Shown here: one piece after another, positions 1 to 14,500 of the stretch
Numbering within the stretch: position 1 is the stretch's first letter
Layout: each line of letters opens with the position of its first letter
Source of the DNA: Klebsormidium nitens
Taxonomy: Eukaryota > Plantae > Klebsormidiophyceae
NCBI GenBank assembly: GCA_000708835.1
Contig: DF237098.1
Coordinates: 54,133 to 118,132 of the forward strand
Length of the DNA: 64,000 bases
Reading direction: 5' to 3'
Program-made: the position numbers and the translations under genes
The notes under the pieces: model-generated
Told to the model about the DNA's origin: nothing
The model's input: the letters and a program-made list of their open reading frames with translations, nothing else
The model's database searches: none

Positions 1-2815
1 ATTCTCAACAAAAACCACACATGCCCGTTTTGAGCGGTAAGCTCAAGAAGAGTCGTCACCGCCATGTGACTGAAGGTGTTGAAGAAAGGATTTTAAGGAA
101 CGGAAAGTGGGTGGGTAAATGCCCATGGGTGCGAAGACACCTTACTGATGACGACCTACGAAACAGTTCATTCAGAAAGGTTGATGCGCAACTTGTGGCA
201 ACCGGCTCCAAACCACTGGTTGATGAATCAGAACTTTATAGGAATGAGCCCTTGCTCTCGAATAACCAGTCATAACCAGTTACTTATGCCCATGAAGGCG
301 AGGCGAAGATGGTAACTGTGAAGCTGCGCAAAGAGTGAAGAGAAACGAAGCGAAGCGGTTGGCACCAATGGCAAACCGGTGCTACTGACAAGGTCGCAAG
401 TTTGCCATGCCCAGTCTTCCTCCTAGGAACCCGCAAATGAACCAGTGCACAGCCAAAAAGGGCTTTCATGAACCATGTGTTGTTATCCAAGGGCCCGAGC
501 CCACAAGCAACAAGTGGCGCCGGACCAGGGCGTCGAGCGCCCGTAATTTCAGGAACGGCTGGACCTACCGAGAGTCATTGTTAGTGGGCTTCCGACCAAC
601 AACTTCGACAAATCCTTGGATATCCCCAATAGAAGGTCCAATCGTCCTTGCCAACGACCGCGTTTACACTTCAAAGGTGATCAAGATGAATATGCGTCCA
701 AACAATTTTTTTTGAACAGAACGGTAGCATGGACAACGGAGTAACCACGGGATAAACTAAGATACCAGTGTGGCGTCAGACAACCAATTTTCCCAACCAT
801 ATGGGTCTCGCCTCCCAGTTCGTTGTCACAGCCTCCTATTATTCTGGATGGGAAGTCGTAAAGGGCTGAGCGCGGCCATGTTGCAAAAGCCACGCCGAAT
901 ACAAAGGAACTATAAACCAGGGAATAACGGGCTCTTCAAATTCTTACAGCCAGACTCAGACAAGCACCTATGACTCCCCGCAATTGAGCGTCGTGGCTGG
1001 TATGCGTCGCATTGCCAGCCATAGACGTGTTGGATTTGTGAATGCACAGCATCGCTGACGTACCATTTAAATCCTGACGATTGGCGGTGCTGACTGTCAA
1101 CAAAAGATCAAACCTTATGATAGACGTTGATAGTGGTCAGCAGAAGTACTGCAACAATGGCCGGGGTTAGCTGGGGTATGGGTGAAGGTGCTGTCAGACG
1201 CGGCATCTGATGCTGTCACTTGCCAACCCAAGCTTTGGTCCGCAAACAATTTAGCACCACGTGAGCTTTCCTTTAGCGTAGGGTCGAAACATAACCAGAA
1301 ATACCTAAAAAGAATTCTTATGTTGAATCATGTAGATTGTAACATCCACACGAGCTCCGGGACGCGAAAGCACGGTGTTGAGACCAGTGTCCCGGACTGG
1401 TCGCCATAGCCGTTCATTGCTTCAAGTCGCAACCGCTTCGAAGCATCCGACTTCACGTGGCCCGCTGGGAAAGCTCAAAACGCTACTGGCAGGATTTGAT
1501 CGTCAGTAGAGCGGAGTAGTACGAGGCCTACGCTTTACTTCAAAACAATGGTTAGGCCCGCAAGACTTCACCGATCCAATCCGCCCAATCAAGAAAGAAA
1601 CGTTCCATATTGACCGTCCACCTATAAATCCGGGCAGTCTGCTCACTGAAGAGACAAGAGAACGCCTCGACTTTCAAACCGACATTCTTTGGGTGACACG
1701 GCACCGAAACCTCATATACTGTCGAGTACGCTGATGCAGACTGGCAAACCGCGATCGAGGGACGGCGATCAAGGTTGTTGAGGTGCTCTGAACTCGGGAA
1801 GTCAAATCAAGGCTTGCCGTTGCCTTTCCAAAATCGACATTTGGATAAAACAAGAAGTCCTCTGCTCCAAGCCGTAGATTGAAGTGCATCACGATCGATC
1901 TTGTCGTCATCAGCGTAATCACATCAAGCAGGCCAAAGGAGACGACAAACATCAACATCCACCTTCGCACCAGCATTTGAGGATCGGAACTCATTCCAAT
2001 GATCTTGGCACTGCGGAGGCGTCATCTTGGATGCTGTCTCAGGAAGGGAAGTTGAGAATCAGTGAATTACACTGGCGTCGGATGAGAGACACGCCATGGG
2101 TGATCGGCGCTCGTCAAAGCCAGACGAGAAAACAGGACCTTTCAAGAGCGGAAGTGCACCCCCTTCCGAAGCATCAAAGTCGTACGGCAGGCTCACTCAT
2201 CTGACCGAGATGGAATAAAGTGGCAAGTATAAAGGAAAAGGAACCGTCTGCACGGGATCAGGGCGGCAGCGGACAAAGCCACCACTTTTGACTGAATTGC
2301 TCTTTCAACAAAGATCAGAAGTAGAAGCAAGAGGATGCCACTGATGGAGGACGGAAGTGAACCGCCCAAAAATATGGACTCCGTGCAAAAGGTCGACGAG
2401 TGTTTCAATGATGGGTATTCAGGAAGAGGCGCCCGATGGACTCAAGCCAGCGAACACGCAAGCTGGTTTACGTGTTTCAAAGAGCGATACATCCATTCTC
2501 GGTGGTCCCACAAACTCAAAAGACCAGGTGCGTGTGCCGCACAAAGAAACTCCTTACTTGAGCGTTGTCCAAACATAGTCAACTCTGCTACTCTGCATCA
2601 GAAAGGTCCAATCCACTCTCAAAAACAACGCTGATCCTAAGAACCTAAAAATACGCCCGTCAACGACTATCAAAACTGACCGGAGCACTTATTTGCGAGC
2701 CCCCATCCTGCCATCTCAACTCAGCAGCTGTTCCCTCTGTGAACACCGCACAGTAAGCGGAACTCGGACGTTGCCCTTATTGCCGCTCCCGAATAGAGCT
2801 GGCATCTCTTCTCAC

Positions 2816-5800
2816 TCAATTGTCGCTCCCGAAATTAGCCGGCAGTTCTTCTGAGAAGTACGCCATAAGGCCGTTGTCCAGATGTAGGACGTTCTTGTAT
2901 CCGTCCACGACTAGGTAGTAGGCAGCAATCAGCGACCTGCACGTTAAGGGGCACTGATTTGGAACCGGGTTTCGAAGCCGCTGGAGACTTTGATAATAGA
3001 GCAAGGAACGCGTTACAGAACTAAGACTGTCCTTTTCGATCTGCGGATTTCGACATCCTAAAACGGAGACAAGACCGAAACCCAAGTTGCCACAATAACA
3101 ACGAAGCGCCACGCTCCTTTTGATCTGAGTCGGTCGCATGGCCTGATCTTGAAACGTCTTGATTCTTTACATCATCGGCGAGCACACAAAGATGTCGGCA
3201 TCAGTACGGAATGAGGGAAGTTATGGGAAAGGTGATCAAAGCCTGGAGGAATGTAAACGGAGAAGAGAGGAGGGCGAGGCAGATCACGAGCAACCGACCG
3301 GTCTCTGCATTACATGTTTGAACAGAAAAGAAGCGAAGCTCTGCCAAAGGAACCTTGTGAATCCACAGCCCGAAGCCCCCTCGCAACTTCTGGTGCGTAC
3401 TAGCGAAGCTACGAAGCATCTATTCTTGTGGAGCACCGTCGGTCGGTGCTTCCACTCGCTTCACTCAGGAATCGGACTCGAGGAAGCAAGGAGAAAACTG
3501 GGGGCACGAAAGGGGTCCATTGTGGAGATCAAAAGCTGCTCATCCGGATAAAGTTGCTTCACAAGCGGTTGGCGGCGGCGCCGAACTCCTGAAAATTTGA
3601 GCCCTTGCTGGTCATGCCCCTCAAGATCGTTTGAACTTTTGGAACCGGACGCGGACACCGGACACCGGACACCGGAATCGGAACCGGAACCGGAACCGGA
3701 ACAAGAACCGGAACCGGAAGGTTGACAGGTGAAAAACGGGTCGCGCTTTCAGGCTCGCTATCGGAGTTCGCGGCAGCAAGGAATCTCCTACCGGAACACT
3801 TGTCCACATAGAAAACATTATTCAATCCGGTCTACCAGAAACGGGCGGCAAAAGTGACTTTCCGCAGTACGAACGACCAGAAACGCAACGATGGAGAGCA
3901 ACACGGGAAAGCAGGACATTCCATGAGAAAAAAATATGCACACGCTAGAAGCGAGCCGTACCGTGATTGCTTTCCCTCTGGAAAGTTGGCTGAAGGCCGT
4001 GTGCTCCCCCCTGCCGTGCACGCCACAATGATCTTGGCGTCTTTCTCCGGGAAGGTCGCCCTCACATCTATAAGAGAAGCAGATCGTGCTGGTCAATCAG
4101 GGCATTGCAAATTTTGCAAAGACTTTGTAACCAAGCTTTTGGCGTCCTCAGATAATTGGGGTAGTTAAGGCTAACGCTTGAACTCGGAACAGACCGGACA
4201 GTCAGCTAATGATGATCAAAGAACAACAATGAAGCCGCACTCAGTAATCCCCTCCAGATGAGGTCTAAATCATTAATAAGCGCTGAGATGTGCATTTTAT
4301 GACAAATTGCTGGCACAAGCGCAGCTCGAGCAATCACCCTCCTTCGAGCCCCTTGATTAAGGTTGCCAACCTGAGACGAATGCACAACGGACCAGCTTCT
4401 TCAGCTAAGGTCAGAAGCCCACTCTTTCACTACGCCTGCTTGTTCCTAGGGCCCCAAGACAAGGCCATGCTAATTCCCAACAATAGACGGAAACTTTCTC
4501 CTCGAAGCACCCTCAAGAAGTTGGCTGTTGAAGTTCGCTTCCACCAAATCATTGATACGTTTCTACAAGCTGCATTATGTTTGGTTCACTGAACCACTTC
4601 TTCCGAAGAAGAAGGGTGTCGAGACTGCACAAATGCTGTCACCAAACTCTCATGTTTCAGCTCCCCAAACGTCATCAAAGCAAAAAGACGCATCCGTCTC
4701 CTGCTCACCTTCGATGAAGCTCGGGTTCTCCTCGGTCCCCTTGAAGATGCCAAAGAATGCAAAGCCCGCACGCCGGATGATCTTGTAGGGTGTCCAGTCT
4801 TGGATCGCTCGGTACAGCTGTACGTTGCTGGAGTCCTCAGGGTGGGCCTGGGATAAGGATACAGACCCTCAGACTTTTAAGCACAATCGAAATAAGTTGC
4901 ACAATTCGTGGCATGATGTCACAAAGCCTTCCTCAAGATGAAATCGATCAGCTGCATCCGGTAGCTTCCAGTCGGCTGTCTATGTACAGAGCTGCCTATT
5001 GTTGGACATGCGGAACGTGCGCGCGATCTCTCAGGTATCTTAAGAATCCCCAATCTATGTCATTGGAGGCAGAAATTGCGGTACCCGTCAGGCATCAAGC
5101 AAAGGGTATGCGCTTTCATTTTGGAAGTCACGCTCTACCGTCTCGAATGGCCGCCGCTTACGCCAACAGGGGTGGAAGCAATTGCACACCGACACCAGAG
5201 ATTCCCAGCGACTCCAGCCAGCAACCGCACTGGTTCAATGCTGGTTCACTGCCTTTCTAGAGCAGTCTCTCCAGGCATCACAACTGATACCAGACACAGC
5301 AAAGTAGGAACCCACCCAGCAACACATCGTCAATGAGTACCCTTTAGATTTGCTGCGGTTATGTAGCATCTGCTCATTCTCAACCTGAGAGTACTCAACA
5401 TCAGATACAAGCACGAGGAACAGTCGGTCCCAGAAGCTCACCTCTTTGTAATCATAGTCTGGTCGAACGTCCAGAAACCGGTAGCCCTCCTCGTTGACCA
5501 ACCGCCTTGCTTCTTTTGGGGCGACGGAGCGCACATTGGCATCGACGAGCACTTTTCTCTTGGCGTCCCACTTCACCTCCGCTGCAGAGACTACGAGGTA
5601 ACGTCACCACCAGGACGTCAACATCATTGCGTTCCCTTCCTCTTTTCTTTAACGACTTCTCCCCGTTTTTGGCGTCCAGTCATTCCCACATTTGCTGACC
5701 CTCCTGTGAACCTTGTTTGACAATAGGAAGGAAAGGGGTTGTTTCCTTTTTGCAGTTTTCCCTCTTCTTTGTGTTGGTGGCAGTTAAGGTGCTCACTTTC

Positions 5801-7528
5801 CAACAAAACTAGACCAAACTAGACCAAAGTTAAGGAACATGATTGCGAAACGGCAGTTAAGAATGAGAACCAGCTAAAATCTCTGAGAAGATCTAGACTG
5901 TGAAGTAGGGGCTGCAGATCTGCCATTACTTCTTGTGCAACTTTGAAGACTGATGTGGTTTCATATTGCTCGGATACCCAAAAAAATGGAATTATTAAGC
6001 CCTCGCAGCTCAGTGTGCCAGTCATCAAGCGCCGCCAGACTTTAAGAATAAAAGTGACCGGCTTTTTGGGGGGCCCTCAACCTTGCATTCAAACGTGCAA
6101 ACATTTGCAGCATGAGCGAGGGCGTGAAAGATGGTAGTCAAATTAGAATCACGAGTGCATGGGCAAGAAACCTGCGGAACAGGGCCAGAACAAGAAAGGC
6201 GGTCCATTGCAAGAACTTTCCTTCAAATAGGGTACTCTAATATCTCAACTTCTTAGGCGGGGATGACAATGCAATGCAAAGACTAGAAACTTTTCAACAA
6301 CTGGGAAACCCCAAGCCAACGGCCAACAAGGTCCTCGTCGTCAAAGTGATGGGGTGCTTAGATTGATGATTGAGCGGGTCGTAACACAACAACATCAAAA
6401 AGGGGTACGCACGACAAGCAATCTCTGGGGAATCACATGAGAGCCACAGATAATTGGTCTTCAGAACAGGAGGACTCCAAGACGCATCGGAAGGTGTATG
6501 GATTGAAATGCTCATGAAAATCCAGTATGGTGTCTGCTTCAAAGAGCCGCGACGAATCATGACGAAATCATTTGAGGAAGATTCTAAAAAGGAACTTGCC
6601 AAGTACCACCACCAGTGAATTGGAAAATGAAAAGTGAAGTACTGCAAAGTTGACAGGTCAGTGCATTTTGATTCTCAGAATTGCTGTCAATCAGCATTGC
6701 AAGCTAAATTCCGCGAGACATGTGTCAGCAAAATAAACAGCATGCAGAATGAGCTTCAAACTTGTTACACACACCGAAAATGTACCGCCAGCTCAATCCT
6801 AGCCAAACGTCCACCTTCACTTCCCTCACACACATTGCAAATTGGAATAACCTTAAAAAACCCTAACACAAAGCATCAGCATTATCTTCACTTGAAAAGC
6901 CAGAAAGCGGGTCATATCAGAAACTAACAACAGGATGTCCGGTTTACCTGATCTCAAAACAAACGTAAGGGAGACGGATTGAGTAATTGGTCACATTGGT
7001 GAAAGGAGATTCGTATTTTGAAGCATCTCATTTGCTGGACTAGCTGTGTTCGGACGCTGCTTTAGGTCAGCTGGATACAAACTATCTCAAGAGAGATGTC
7101 AGATCTTGTATTGACACCCATTGGGTGCATGGCTTAACCGCTACGGTCCTTAAAATACTGTATGTAGATGATAAATGAGCACTAAAAACTTAGAGTCAGC
7201 AGACGCTGCTTAAGAGCTGCTTGTGTCCAGCATTGTCCTTTCAGAAAACAAACCAAAAGCAAGACCAAGTAAAAACAAGCAGACGCTAAGACTCACCAGC
7301 CCTCTCTGGCACAATGGCTGCTCTTGCCGTCTGCTTTTGCCGTGGCAATTGGCGGCTACACTGCCTCCCTGCTGGTACTCTCCTTGCGCCTGCCAGAAAA
7401 TGTGATTCCCCTAAACTTGGCCAAGCGAGCGGGAGGCTCCCGTTGTGGTTGCTTTGCTGCCTAGGAGCGGTCTGCAAGGCGATGCTTCCAAACAAGGCGG
7501 CCCGAGTGGCGGCAATTGACGTCGCCAT
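2816..7528 (-). CDS. STR14: Plastid rhodanese-like protein (STR14-like), 5 exons: ~7528-7297, 5581-5442, 4847-4709, ~4067-3962, ~2937-2816
   Basis: Spliced reading: transit-peptide-like MATSIAATRAALFGSIALQ... / EVKWDAKRKVLVDANVRSVAPKEARRLVNEEGYRFLDVRPDYDYKE / AHPEDSSNVQLYRAIQDWTPYKIIRRAGFAFFGIFKGTEENPSFIE / VRATFPEKDAKIIVACTAGGSTRPSANFPEGKQSR / SLIAAYYLVVDGYKNVLHLDNGL. GT-AG junctions have compatible phases. The motifs LDVRP, RRxGFAFFGIF, GTEENP, KIIVAC, PEGxQSRSLIAAY match plant STR14 as I recall it. Confidence 0.9.
3640..3722. repeat. Hexamer microsatellite (GAACCG/ACACCG)n in an STR14 intron
   Basis: Directly visible: ggaaccggac...accggacaccggaatcggaaccggaaccggaaccggaacaagaaccggaaccggaa. 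Confidence 0.85.
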
Positions 7529-8575
7529 TTGGGCGGTCTTATTCGAAGGAGATCCTCCGCACAAACACTAATTTACAACCGACAAACAGAAAAGTTTTAC
7601 TAGACAAAAGTGAAGCACCCAGCTTGGCTTGCGCCTCTATCCTTCTGGAAGCTCTAGATTTGTGAGGAAGCAACTTGCAAGCTGCATCCTCTTTCACAGC
7701 TGTAGCTCTAGCTTCGTTAGTGAGAATCTTATATTGCATGGGGGGGTCTTTTTCAAGAACATTTACACCGTCGGATTACGATCCAGAGTTTATCTGACGT
7801 CTATCATCGAGCACACGAACCCCCCGCCTCGAGTGCGTGGAGGGAACAGATAATTACGGGTCTAGCTAAATCTTGTAGTTACTATAACCAGTTTGATTCC
7901 TGGTAAAGGCGTGCTTAACCGGGTTCAAATGATACTCAGATGACCTGCGCGCGCGGTCGCTGGATCCTTGGCGGTTGAGGGACCGTGTCCAACGAAAGGC
8001 ATCGATGTACCGGTAGACCTCCAGGCGTTTGCAAGTGCAAAGTGGCTGGTTAGCTCAGTCAGTGCAATATGTTGTCTTTTCAAAGGGTCTAAGCTCAGAA
8101 TTACAGTACCTAGTCTAGCCCTTCATGCACTGCAGTGGATCATCCGCTTTGATCCTTCGATTTTTGAGCATTTATGACATCATTTTTGATACCGCGTTGA
8201 TCAACACGATAAATGGAGGATGAATTCAAAGATTACATCATCGGCATTGTAGGCCAACGTTTTCTTCCAAGAGCGCTGAATAGCGAGTCGTCTCTCCTGG
8301 GATAGATTGCGCCAATGTCCCTGGCAGAGCCAAACACGGCCAGCTGCCGCATCTTCTCAGTGAGGGTCAATTTACACAGACCTCTTCCTCCAGGAAACAA
8401 AAGAAGAGTTTCCTACATTGCTTTCAGATTTTGAGGAGGATGAGGAGAAGGAACACGAAGATCTGAGGAGGGTGCACCTTGATACCCCAGCGAGATAACC
8501 AGTCAGCTTGTTTGGAAGGAGCGCTTTCTATCAATTCCCAATAAGCAGGCGGCATTGCTGCCGGACCCCTGCAAA

Positions 8576-11500
8576 ATGGGGCTAACCTCAGCGAGGCCCT
8601 CAGAAGGAGGGAGCGCGACACAATGGCTCTCTGCAGCCACCGTGACGATTATCCTTATGAACCTCACCGGGATGCTCCAGGCCATCAGCGATCAGCTGTT
8701 GCCCTCTGTGTTGCACGAGGTGGCCGAGAGCTTTGACGTCACGCCAACGGAGTTGGGGGGAGTGCAGGCTGTCCGTATATTTGTGTCGGTAAGGAGGGGT
8801 CTCCTGTGCAATTCTGCAAAGCTGAGATGCAGGGGCGTCACGAGTGCTTGAATCACCTCTTTCTTTGTTTGCACCGCCACTCTGGTTTTCTCAACCTTGT
8901 TTTCTTGCTCGACACATGCTTGCCACAGGATCAAAGGGAGTGACATTGGTTTTTCGTGACTGCTGGTAATTCGGTTTAGCGTTTGGCGAGTCTTTGATAC
9001 TATAGAAGCATGCCATGGGTGCAGCATGCAGTAGTTGGGAAATACTCTATAGCGACCAGCTTATAAGATTCTTTTGCCGCTTCAGCCTATCAGCATTGCT
9101 TGGATGCCACTGAATCAAGTTAAGTTCTCAAGCATACCTGCAGATACTACCTTCTGTTAAGAGGTTCTCTTTTCTCAGCAATGCCATCATGGCCAGGGCA
9201 GCAGCATCCGCATGCCACTTTTTAAACCTATCAGCTTGAAGGCCTTGGAAAAGAGCTTCAGCAGTCTGCACCAAACCATATTCTGTGCTCAGTTGCTCAA
9301 GTGCAAAGGCGCTGCAGGCAATCTGTCCCTGGTGATCACCATAACTGATTCAGCTTGAAGGTCTCAGAATACAATTCTCACAGCAGCCAATTGCGGATGA
9401 GGTAAGCATTAGCATCGTAGGCTGGGCCCTCAAATCATCGTTTTACCCACAGGCGTTTGCATCCCTGATCGCTGCATACCTGGTCAGCATGAAGGTCAAC
9501 CGCGCGCGCATTGTAGGAATGGGCACCTTGCTGTCTGGCATCACCGCGGCAGGGGTTGCGCTCTCCTTTCGCTACGGGTACATGATGGTCTGGAGAGCCA
9601 TTGATGGACTCGCCCCCGCACTGGTGGTGCCAGCAGTGCAGTCAATCATTGCAGGTGCGAGGCTTCAGCTCTTTCATCCAGACATATAAGGTCTTTAGGA
9701 AGCAGATCTGGCCATGTGTTAGATTCACAGATCTGTTGGCGAGCTAATGCTAGCATCAATCTACCCTATGTGGTGTGGCCAAAACAGTTCAAACCAGTTT
9801 AGGCAATTATTTTGAGCTTGAAAGCTGATGCTGTAGCAATTGGGTCCACCAGTAGGGTCTGTAGGGTAAGGTTAACAGAAACCTTCCAGCTGTGCTCTCT
9901 CTTCCGGGGATGCAGTCAGGCATTTCAGGTAAGAAGCTTCAGACGGCGTTCCTGTAGGAACTGGATTACTGGTGTGCGAACTTTGATGTGGAAAAAGTGG
10001 CTAGCAGATGCATGCAATGGTAAATAGGAATCTGGATGATATGAACCTGCCAACAGCATATGGCACCTGCACTAAGAAATCGGCCGACATTCACCTGAAG
10101 CAGCAACCTGCATAGGTCATACACTGCTTTTGAAAACAAGAGTATTACGTTCGAGGGCTGTGAGTAGTGGTAAAGATCAGCGCGTACCAAGCACTGTAAT
10201 CGAAAGCATGTTGGCAGCTCGGAGGTCCGAGCAGGCAATCTACTTTTCTAGCGTCTCAACCTAAGAGGCGGGATGGGTGATAAAAACTCTGAGGTGACTC
10301 CTAGGATAGCTCTAAGTAATTGACGTTCTCCTATTGTTTGCAGATTCCTACACTGAAACGGAGCGAGGCAAAGCGTTCGGATTGTTCTCCATCTGCTGGA
10401 GTCTGGGGAGGGTCGTCGGCAGTCTCTTTGGCACTATGATTGCCAGTGGCAAAGGTGAGAACCATTCTGTGTCGTCTAGTGACTTTGGAGGAAACTGACT
10501 CCTCTCACGATTAGACCAGAGCACTCAAATATTAGGTCCGCCTTGCAACACCTTTGTAGCAGCTCTCGACAGTACCACGGGCTCTCCAATTTAGATGGCC
10601 CCAAGGTCCGTGGAGAATTAGCCAAGTCCTAAAGTCCGTTTCAAATACCTTTTAAAATCATCACAACTTCGACGAAACACTGCTAACGCCCCAGAACATG
10701 TCCTGCGTTGAGCACGTTTAGGAACTCCCTTGCTAGAAGGACAGGTCCCTTTGGTTTTTGACCTCATCTTTGATCGGATTGTATAGCTCGAATTTTGCCT
10801 TGGTTCTACCTCTGCTCTGGAGAGCTTCGAGGGCGCTGCTCGCTTCTTTCAACCCTGCTTGCATTTCGGTGATCCAGACAGATTGACCGCTTGCGCTTTC
10901 ATTCAATCCCTAAGCCGACGTTATTGTTTACTTCGCAGTGGGAGGGTTCGAGGGCTGGCGTGCCGCGTTTTGCATCATGTCCTTCGGCGCGGTCTGCCTG
11001 GGCATGCTCGTCATCACGCTGGCGTCAGACCCGTCACAGCCGTCAGGCAAACGTCAGCAGCAAGAGTATGAGCGGCTGGCCAGCTCCAAGGGCAGCATCA
11101 GCCTCAATACGAAGCAGATTGAGGACACGAATGCAGGTAGGGAAAGACGTCGCTTTTGCATCCTGCGTATCAACGAAAGGTTCGCAAGCTACTTCTCAAA
11201 ACCAACCCCGTGCTGTTCTATCTCGACTCGACTGAAGCAGCTGAAAAGTAAGTTTGCCGCTCAATTCAAAGATCAGCGATAAGGCACCTGCCAGGCGGTC
11301 CGCTTATCTTCGCATTCTCAGCGGCTGTCGCCGACCTTTTGACACCAGCCTGCTTTGCATCTTCTTTGCAGACACGTCTGCGTGGGGTTGTGTCAAGAAG
11401 CTGGGCGGGGAGGTGCGCGACGTGTGGCACGTCAAGACTTTCCGCGCGATCGTCCTGCAGGGAGTCGTTGGGTCTTACCCCTGGCAGGTAAGACGGTTCG

Positions 11501-14500
11501 CGGATGTCTCTCTTCCGGCCAGCTGACTTCTTCTCGTAACTGATTAAACAATATAAGGTGTTTGCCTGCCTGCCTGCCTGCCTGCCTGCCTCAGAGTGTC
11601 GGTGATAGATTACGCATTGGGTGTCAAGGGTGTTGGGCCACTTTTTTGCCACGCGAGAACCAAATCCGGCCACATACATGGTCTGGTTGGCTCTTCTTCT
11701 ATAACGGGTTCCCTCACTTCTTAGAAGATGAGAAGTCTTGAAACCATCTCAAATCTTTTCCTTAGTCGGTAGCAAACGGAAACTTCTGAGGCGTCCGGTC
11801 ATAATACTATCATTGAAACCCGATCCTTCGGTATTGTATCCATTCTACCACATTGGAATTTGCTAAGTCCGAATTCGAGAGACAAACCCTTTCCTCACCA
11901 TGTTGCTTGATTTGGTCGGCTCCTCCGACAAGGAACCGGCGCTACTGGGACAACAAACTTATCAAAGGACTAACTTCTCCTTTTTCCTTATTCTCGATAT
12001 TTCTGACGAGGTAGAGTTTTTCCGTGGCAGGCAATGGCGTTCCTGACCATGTGGCTGGAACTGGTCGGCTTCTCCCACGAGCAATCCGCGCTTCTGATCG
12101 CCGCCTTCAGTCTGGGCAACAGTCTCGGCTCCTACATTGGGGGCTGCCTCGGAGACTTGGCCGCGCGCAAGCTGCCAAACACAGGGCGCATCATCTGCTC
12201 GCAAATCAGCACGGGCTGCGTCATCCCGACGTTTGCAATCATCCTTCATGGTCTTCCCAGGTCGGTATCGCTTCACTTGACCAAAGAGTCCGGACCTCTT
12301 GCTCCTAGCTGCTTGTTTTCCTTTTCTTAGGCTCTCCACTGTCTGTGTCCCTTTCACTGTCGTCTGTTTGAAGAATCGAAACCAAGGCCAGGTGGAATAC
12401 TATCAAACTTCCTAGCGCCCTTTGTTTCGGGTTCTCGCCAACGTTCACTTAAAGTGGTCTCGAGGCAACATCATGGAGACGTACAATTTGAACTATGCAA
12501 AAATGCCCGATGAACACATTTAAAAACCCCCGTAGGATTTGGGAAGATTCCTCGCTTGTTCCGGTCCATCTCTGTGCGTGCGTCCGTCTCGTTTCGTTTC
12601 GCGCGCGCAAAACGGCTGATCATAGACTCCAAAAGCTGGGGTCCGGGTTCACCAAGACACAAACTCCAAGATCCGTAATCGATGGGTTCTAATTAAGGTT
12701 ACCTATCCTCAGGTCCGTCTCGGCGTTCCCGTTTTACTGCGCGGCGTTCTTCATCGGCGGCGCGTGCATCACCTGGAACTCCGCAGCCACCAACAGCCCC
12801 ATCTTCTCCGAGATCGTGCCAGCACGGCTGCGTACTACAATTTACGCCACAGGTGAAAACCGTTTCCTTTCTTCCTTTTTTAACCTGCTTCTAACCTTTC
12901 GCAGCTGTACAATTAGGAGATTCTTGAGGGAGAAGTGTCCAAGGGATCTTGCTGACGAAGTTGTGCTCGCACGGCTACGGAAAAGCATACGTGCCACAGT
13001 GCTATGCAGATTCTTGAAGCTTTGGTTTTCTGGCAGAATGGAAGAAGTGCTTTCAAAACGTTCGTAAAGTTTGAGAGAATGGAGGATCAAAATGCTCGTT
13101 AAGAAGCCGCAAAAGTACCTTGACGTCCTTGCAGATACGTCCATCATTTTAGTCCTGTATCAGATACGAATGCGTTCTGCGCAGGATACCCTGATGACCG
13201 CGGTCCAGAATGCGTTCCCGCCTTTTGGATTCAACCGTGAACACCTTGAAGTTTCACAAGAAGGAAGCTGGCTGAAACTGATTTGTCTTTTTCTCCTGCA
13301 GACCGCATGCTGGAGACAATCCTGTCGTCGTTCGGACCGTACGGAGTGGGCCTGGTCGCCGAGCACGTGTACGGCTACGATCTGCACAGACAGGTGAGTG
13401 GCTTGTGCTTACGTCAGCGTTGTCATGCTTTCTACTAGGTCTGTCGCTGCTGCCACTCATAATCGCAGAAAAGCGAGCGCAGATCTCAACCGTCTCTGTG
13501 TGGACGGTATTCCCCACATCGACGATTTAGATCAGAAATCAGCCTATTCTTCCGCGCTTATTTCAAGGAGAATAATCGGAGGGTTCTCTCTCCCATTACT
13601 TCTGTCAGTCTGATTCTCTGTTTATCTTCGTCTCTTTTGCTCAAGGGCGCTGCTTGATGCCTCAGGCAATGGAACCGTTACGGTAACCCTGGATGAGCGC
13701 TGTCTTCGGAAATACGCCCTATCCCATTCTGGCAGATCGGGCGCACCAAACCTCTGAACAACCGCGCAGACAAACGGCGAGGACCTGGCGGGCGCGGCCG
13801 CGCTTGCGGTCAAATCCTTTTCACTTCGCTGAATATTTTCCTATGTCTGAATGACTAAACCCCTGACTGACTGCAAGCGCGCTCCTCGCGCAGACGAACG
13901 GAGCGGACCCGGCGGACGCGGCCGCGCTCGCGGACGCGCTTTTCATGAACATCGCTCTTCCCGCGGCCATGTCTGGGATCTTCTACACGTGGCTCTACTG
14001 GACCTACCCCAAGTGAGTGGCGACTCTCGGGCTTGAGTCCAATTAGACTTTACACGGCCTCAGTGTTCACATTGGGGCGGATACAAATCAACATCTAGCC
14101 GACGCTTGACTACCTTTATATCAAAATCCGGACCTACTTAAGCCTGACATCACTGAACTCCTTCAAGACGGTATCTACCAAAGTAGAAGAAGACGGAACC
14201 CTAGATCTACCCACATAACCGTCTACCTTCGAATAATCTGACGGATCGGTTGGTTTTTCCAAGCTGCATCGTAGCGATTCTCGGCTGGCCGCAAGGCTTA
14301 ATTAGGGTTCGGTAAAGGGTGCTTCTTCTGTGCTCAAATGAGCTGACAAACCAAACCTGGTCTGAGTGATGTGATCTGTCGCTTCTGTTGAATCACAGGA
14401 CAGGAGCAAACAACCTCCGGGAAGATATGCACCCAGCGAGTTTCAAAGTAACGAGTCTTGAGGAGCCGGCTTTTAACGTGCACGTGCACTTCCTTTGAGG

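Noticed and set aside
1724-1770. YADADW...RRS resembling the Ty1/copia RNase H motif
   Set aside because: The flanking residues lack the rest of the motif (STSGY, ISWKS, EAEY) and no RT, integrase or LTR is visible; probably chance.
1-2700. Short ORFs at the left end as a gene or transposon
   Set aside because: No consistent spliced reading frame or recognisable domain on either strand; left unannotated.
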